A DNA stretch of 64,000 nt from an uncultured Bacteroidales bacterium (GTDB taxonomy: Bacteria > Bacteroidota > Bacteroidia > Bacteroidales > CAZJKL01). The translations under genes were made by a program, and so were the position numbers. The DNA is taken from positions 2,093 to 66,092 of the forward strand of contig CAZJKL010000001.1 of the NCBI GenBank assembly GCA_964546655.1. Direction: 5' to 3'. Positions within the stretch are counted from its first letter, which is position 1. Each line of letters starts with the position of its first letter. Shown in pieces: positions 59,506 through 64,000 of this stretch. The notes beneath the pieces are model-generated. The model saw only the letters and a program-made list of their open reading frames with translations. It was not told the DNA's origin and did not search any database.

Positions 59506-60603
59506 ATGAACATAACAAATAAATCACAACTGTTAAAACAAATCGAGCGAATTAAAAATAATATTTGTTCGTTACCTGATTATAAAACTCAGTTATCTAC
59601 AATTGAACAAGATATTTTATTAGATGAAATTAAAACTTTATATTTTTTAGTTAAAAATTCTGCTAAATCCGAAGAACCTTCTATAATTATTACTCCAACC
59701 CAATTAGAGCAATTAAGAAAAGATATTATTAAAGAATTAAACGGTAAAAATTTAGAAAAAGAAGAAAAAATTGAAGTTATTAATTTAACCGAAGGTTGTA
59801 ATGATAATAAGAAAAATGAAAATAATCGTATAGATATTGAATTTGCTCCTCATGTTGAAATGAATATGCCACTTTATTCCGAAGGATTAGTTGAAATTTA
59901 TGAAGAGAAAGAAGAAAATTCTAAAAATAATATTATTGAAAATAATGTTAAGATAGAAGAGGTTGAAAAAGAAGAAGTTAAAGTTGAAGAGGTTAGACCT
60001 GAAGAAAAAGTTGAATTAGTAAATTTAGAAGAAAAAGTTGAAGAAATAAAAGTTGAAGAAAAAATAGAACAAATAATTGCAGAAGAGAAAAAAGAAGAAA
60101 TCAATATTGAAGAAAAAATAGAACAAATATTTGTAAAAGAGAAAATAGATATTAAGCCAGATTTTAATGGTAATATTATAGAAAATCAACAAAATATATC
60201 AGAGAAAGAAAGTCATAAATCTGACCATAAAAACTTTGATTTATTTACAACAACTTCACCTGTAACAACTTCTAGTCATAGTGTTATTGATAAATTTGAA
60301 AATAAAAAATCGTTAAATGATTTAATTGCACAAGAAAACAAGACTACAATTATTGATAAAGCTCAAAATTCAAATATTAAAGACATAAAATCGTTAATTG
60401 GAATAAATGAAAAGTTTTTATTTATTAATGAATTATTTGAAGGAAATCTTGATGAATACAACAATACAATAAATTATATATGTAATAACGATGACGCTAT
60501 TCAAATTAAAAATTTATTAAATAGTTTGCAAGAAAAATATAAATGGAATGAAGAAAGTGATGCTTTTATTAGATTAAAAGATATTGTTGGTAAAAAACTT
60601 TAG
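59506..60603 (+). CDS. Hypothetical protein with Glu-rich disordered core and helical C-domain
   Basis: 365-aa ORF; acidic low-complexity middle; C-terminal IGINEKFLFINELFEGN..Y. Confidence 0.7.
   Translation: MNITNKSQLLKQIERIKNNICSLPDYKTQLSTIEQDILLDEIKTLYFLVKNSAKSEEPSIIITPTQLEQLRKDIIKELNGKNLEKEEKIEVINLTEGCNDNKKNENNRIDIEFAPHVEMNMPLYSEGLVEIYEEKEENSKNNIIENNVKIEEVEKEEVKVEEVRPEEKVELVNLEEKVEEIKVEEKIEQIIAEEKKEEINIEEKIEQIFVKEKIDIKPDFNGNIIENQQNISEKESHKSDHKNFDLFTTTSPVTTSSHSVIDKFENKKSLNDLIAQENKTTIIDKAQNSNIKDIKSLIGINEKFLFINELFEGNLDEYNNTINYICNNDDAIQIKNLLNSLQEKYKWNEESDAFIRLKDIVGKKL
60001..60135 (+). repeat. 27-bp (9-aa) degenerate tandem repeat, five units
   Basis: EEKVELVNL / EEKVEEIKV / EEKIEQIIA / EEKKEEINI / EEKIEQIFV. 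Exact 23-nt duplicate at 60053-60075 and 60107-60129. Confidence 0.75.
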
Positions 60604-60663
60604 GCAAAAAAAAGTATTTAATATAACGCAAAACCAAATAATACCTAAAACCACAATTTTTAA

Positions 60664-61953
60664 ATGATTAAAAAAAATATAAATTCTTTATTTTTAATTT
60701 CTTTCATTTGTTTTGTTTATACACCTATAAAATCTCAAAATATTGATTATGCGAAAAAGGTAATTGATACTTTGTGTTCTCCAAGTATGCACGGAAGAGG
60801 CTACGTAAACTCTGGAGATAAAATTGCAGCAAATTATATCATAAGCGAATTAAGCAAGTTAAACTTAAATAAAGTAGGCGATTCATATTCGCAAGGTTTT
60901 AATGTGTCGGTAAATACATTTCCAACAAAAGTTAAAGTTACAGTAGATAACACAGATTTGAAACCAGGTAAAGATTTTTATGTTTACCCAACTTCATTAG
61001 GATTAAAAGGTAAATATAAAGCAGTAATGTTTAATAAAAGCATTATAGAAAACACCGATTCTTTAAATTTATTTAATCAGAAAAACTATAAAAATTCGGT
61101 TATTATTGTAGATGATAAAGATATAACCGACGAAGATCAAAAGAAGATTATCGAAGCCATGTATTCTAATCCTTTAAAAGCCAAGGCTATAGTTATGATA
61201 GAAGACGATTCTATTAAATTTGGAGTTTCACAAGAATTATGGGATTATACTTTAATTCAAGCAAAACGGAACCAAATTTTTAATAAAGCAAAAACAATAA
61301 AATTTGATATTGAAAATTTATACTATAAAAATTATCCCACACAAAATATTGTAGCATATTACAAGGGAGCTATGAATCCTGATACATTTATTGTTTTTAC
61401 TGCACATTATGACCATCTCGGAAGAATGGGTTCTGAAATATATATACCAGGAGCAAATGATAATGCCAGTGGCGTTGCAACATGCCTCGATTTAGCAAAA
61501 TACTACGCCGAAGAAGGAAATGAATCATTTTATTCAATAGCATTTATTTTTACTTCTTCTGAAGAATTAGGTTTATTAGGTGCTAAATATTTTGTTGAAA
61601 ACCCTTTAATTCCATTAAATAAAATTAAATTTTTAGTAAATCTTGATATTATTGGAACTGGAGAAGATGGTTTAAAGGTGGTAAATGGTTCTGTTTTTAA
61701 TGAAGAATTTAAACGCTTGGTTTCAATTAATAATGAATTTGAATATGTTAAAGATATAAAAAGAAGAGGCGAAGCAGCAATAAGCGACCATCACCCTTTT
61801 TACAAAAAAGGAGTAAAATCGTTTTTTATTTATACAATAGGTGGTTCTCCTTCATACCATACAATGTATGATAAACCAGAATTATTACCTTTATTTGTTT
61901 ACGAAGATTTGTTTAATCTTCTTGTTGATTTTGTTGAATCATTTGAATTATAA
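60664..61953 (+). CDS. M28 family aminopeptidase (exported)
   Basis: TAHYDH, GANDNASGV, SEELGLLG, NLDIIG, SDH and YHT zinc-ligand motifs. Confidence 0.93.
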   Translation: MIKKNINSLFLISFICFVYTPIKSQNIDYAKKVIDTLCSPSMHGRGYVNSGDKIAANYIISELSKLNLNKVGDSYSQGFNVSVNTFPTKVKVTVDNTDLKPGKDFYVYPTSLGLKGKYKAVMFNKSIIENTDSLNLFNQKNYKNSVIIVDDKDITDEDQKKIIEAMYSNPLKAKAIVMIEDDSIKFGVSQELWDYTLIQAKRNQIFNKAKTIKFDIENLYYKNYPTQNIVAYYKGAMNPDTFIVFTAHYDHLGRMGSEIYIPGANDNASGVATCLDLAKYYAEEGNESFYSIAFIFTSSEELGLLGAKYFVENPLIPLNKIKFLVNLDIIGTGEDGLKVVNGSVFNEEFKRLVSINNEFEYVKDIKRRGEAAISDHHPFYKKGVKSFFIYTIGGSPSYHTMYDKPELLPLFVYEDLFNLLVDFVESFEL

Positions 61954-61959
61954 AAAAAA

Positions 61960-62637
61960 ATGGCCGGATTATTATATATTGTTCCAACGCCAATAGGCAA
62001 TTTAGAAGACATAACATACAGAGCTATATCGGTATTAAAAGAATGTGATTTAATTTTAGCCGAAGATACCCGAAACTCAATAAAACTATTATCGCATTTC
62101 GGAATTAGTAATAAAATGACTTCATATCATCAGCATAATGAACATAAAATTTTCAAAAATATAGTTGAAAAATTAAAAGAAGAACAAAAAATAGCTTTAA
62201 TAAGTGATGCCGGAACACCAGGAATTTCTGATCCAGGATTTTTATTAGTAAGAGAATGTGTTAAAGAAAATATTCAGGTTATTACTTTACCCGGAGCAAC
62301 AGCATTTGTACCAGCACTTGTAAACTCAGGTTTGCCTTGCGATAGATTTATTTTCGAAGGTTTCTTACCCGTAAAAAAAGGACGACATTCGAAATTAACT
62401 CAATTAGCAACCGAAGAAAACACAATAGTTTTATATGAATCAACTCATCGAATATTAAAATCGTTAAAAGAGTTTGCTACATATTTTGGAGAAGATCGCC
62501 AAGCATCTGTTTCAAGAGAAATTTCTAAAATTCACGAAGAAACAGTTAGAGGTACTTTTAACGAAATTCACGATTCACTTTCTAATAATTCGATAAAAGG
62601 CGAATTTGTTGTTATTATTGATGGAAAAAGCAAATAA
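61960..62637 (+). CDS. rsmI: 16S rRNA (cytidine1402-2'-O)-methyltransferase
   Basis: VPTPIGNLEDIT, AEDTR, SDAGTPGISDPG and KGEFV motifs. Confidence 0.97.
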   Translation: MAGLLYIVPTPIGNLEDITYRAISVLKECDLILAEDTRNSIKLLSHFGISNKMTSYHQHNEHKIFKNIVEKLKEEQKIALISDAGTPGISDPGFLLVRECVKENIQVITLPGATAFVPALVNSGLPCDRFIFEGFLPVKKGRHSKLTQLATEENTIVLYESTHRILKSLKEFATYFGEDRQASVSREISKIHEETVRGTFNEIHDSLSNNSIKGEFVVIIDGKSK

Positions 62638-62703
62638 AGGTTATTAAAGTTTCTGAAAAGTAAAATTATTATTACATTTAATTCCTTAAAAATAAAAGTT
62701 AAA

Positions 62704-63492
62704 GTGAATAAAATTTTATTTCAAATAATTATATTTCTTTTAAGTTTAAATAGCGTTTTGTTTTCACAAACAGTTGTTAAAGAGTATAATACAAATTCTA
62801 AAAGTATAGAATGTGATCAATTTAACGATATATATTTGTCAGATGGCAAATCAATAAAAAAATATAATTTTAATTTCGAATTATTAAGTGAATACACAAA
62901 CACATCATTAGGAAATATTGATTCTTATGATGTTTTTAATCCATTTAAGATTTTAGTTTATCACAAAAATTACAATAAAATAGTTTTATTAGACAAAACC
63001 CTTTCTTACGATAATTCACAAATGAGTTTAGACGATTATTACAATGCAAACCTTGTTTGTTTGTCGGGCGATAACAATTTATGGGTTTTTGACAATGTTA
63101 CTAAAGAAATAATTAAATTAGATAAAAACAAAAAAGTTATTAGTAATAGTGGAAATATAAATCAGTTGTTAAACATTGAAGTAAGTCCAATTTTAATGAA
63201 AGAATACAATCAAAATTTATATTTATACGATTCAATAAATGGTTTTATTGTGTTTGATATTTACGGAACATTTAATAAAATAATACCTTTGAAAAAAATG
63301 TCAAATATTAAATTTTTAGATGAATATTTATTCGGATTAGAAAATAAAAAAATAATATTTTACAATACAAAAAACATAGAAACAAAAGAAATAGAAATTA
63401 GAGATAGTTTAGTTGATTTTGCAATAAACAGAGACTATTTATTTCTGCTCTTAAAAGATAAATTACTAATTGAAAAAAATATATTAAAATAG
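62704..63492 (+). CDS. Exported hypothetical protein, probable beta-propeller
   Basis: LFS|QTV; beta-rich with DIYLSD, NLWVFD and FDIYGTF strands. Confidence 0.65.
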   Translation: MNKILFQIIIFLLSLNSVLFSQTVVKEYNTNSKSIECDQFNDIYLSDGKSIKKYNFNFELLSEYTNTSLGNIDSYDVFNPFKILVYHKNYNKIVLLDKTLSYDNSQMSLDDYYNANLVCLSGDNNLWVFDNVTKEIIKLDKNKKVISNSGNINQLLNIEVSPILMKEYNQNLYLYDSINGFIVFDIYGTFNKIIPLKKMSNIKFLDEYLFGLENKKIIFYNTKNIETKEIEIRDSLVDFAINRDYLFLLLKDKLLIEKNILK

Positions 63493-63563
63493 TTTTTTGA
63501 GGTTTTTATTTTATTTCATAGAATTATTTAATATTTTTATTTTTTTATTAAAAATGATGTAAG

Positions 63564-64000
63564 ATGCATATAGCAATAGCAGGTAATATAGGTTCGGGAA
63601 AAACAACCTTAACCACATTATTAGGAAAACACTTTAAATGGGAAACACATTTTGAAGATGCCGAAAAAAATCCATACCTTAATGACTTTTATGAAGAGAT
63701 GCAAAGATGGTCCTTTAATTTGCAAATCAATTTCTTATATACTCGTTTTAAAAACATTCAATTAATTAAAGAAAGAAATAAACCAACAATACAAGACAGA
63801 ACAATATACGAAGATGCATTTATTTTTGCTCCAAACCTTCATGCTATGGGGTTAATGTCAACAAGAGACTATGAAACATATATGTCGCTTTTTGATTTTA
63901 TAAATTCATTTATTAAAGCTCCAGATTTGTTAATATATCTTAGAGCATCGGTTCCTACATTAGTTAATCAAATTCAAAAAAGAGGAAGAGATTACGAGAA
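63564..64000 (+). CDS. Deoxynucleoside kinase, partial (runs off window end)
   Basis: Not in the ORF track; translated by hand: MHIAIAGNIGSGKTT P-loop, NPYLNDFY..WSFNLQ, QDRTIYED and PDLLIYLRASV. Confidence 0.92.
   Translation, partial: MHIAIAGNIGSGKTTLTTLLGKHFKWETHFEDAEKNPYLNDFYEEMQRWSFNLQINFLYTRFKNIQLIKERNKPTIQDRTIYEDAFIFAPNLHAMGLMSTRDYETYMSLFDFINSFIKAPDLLIYLRASVPTLVNQIQKRGRDYE

Noticed and set aside
2824-60104. The many 60-110 aa ORFs nested in or antisense to long genes (e.g. 2824, 7603, 14212, 17232, 26148, 28530, 49322, 59898)
   Set aside because: All overlap well-supported genes, show Phe/Ile/Ser-rich shadow composition and lack recognisable motifs.
60001-60135. CRISPR-like periodicity
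   Set aside because: The units are in-frame coding repeats without unique spacers, and no cas genes are in the window.
1-64000. Alternative genetic code or stop-codon readthrough
   Set aside because: Core genes are full length under the standard code, and TGA and TAG terminate genes at expected positions (e.g. 48441, 57571, 50108).
1-64000. tRNA, rRNA, tmRNA or other structured RNA genes
   Set aside because: No GC-rich intergenic stretch or cloverleaf signature was seen. A covariance-model scan (Infernal/Rfam) would be needed to exclude small AT-rich RNAs.

Overview
AT-rich Bacteroidota (Bacteroidales-like) chromosomal window. The assignment rests on TAnnTTTG -7 promoter motifs before many genes, Gln-starting mature proteins after signal peptides, two T9SS C-terminal sorting domains, and Bacteroidota-type parE and lptD-amidase-MCE blocks. 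Core genes include ribD, prmC, parE, lptD, anmK, waaA, yciH, rlmH, lepA, rsmI and a partial deoxynucleoside kinase. Accessory content: a tandem array of three GT-C-type membrane glycosyltransferases (one fused to a fascin-like beta-trefoil), three TonB-dependent receptors, two T9SS cargo proteins, a hybrid histidine kinase, a signal-peptide-bearing arginine deiminase, a TMTC-like glycosyltransferase, and an IS5-family element inside a decayed dedA gene next to a frameshifted lipoprotein gene. The best candidate for an undescribed system is a five-gene operon of exported proteins at 19108-25390 (putative cargo, beta-propeller, double helical-hairpin protein, PDZ/TPR/barrel protein, small barrel), in which two neighbours share a 55-aa domain. 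A ~120-130 bp nested inverted-repeat element sits immediately 3' of both T9SS cargo genes. No rRNA, tRNA or CRISPR array was seen. All family assignments come from motif recognition by eye; no database searches were run.
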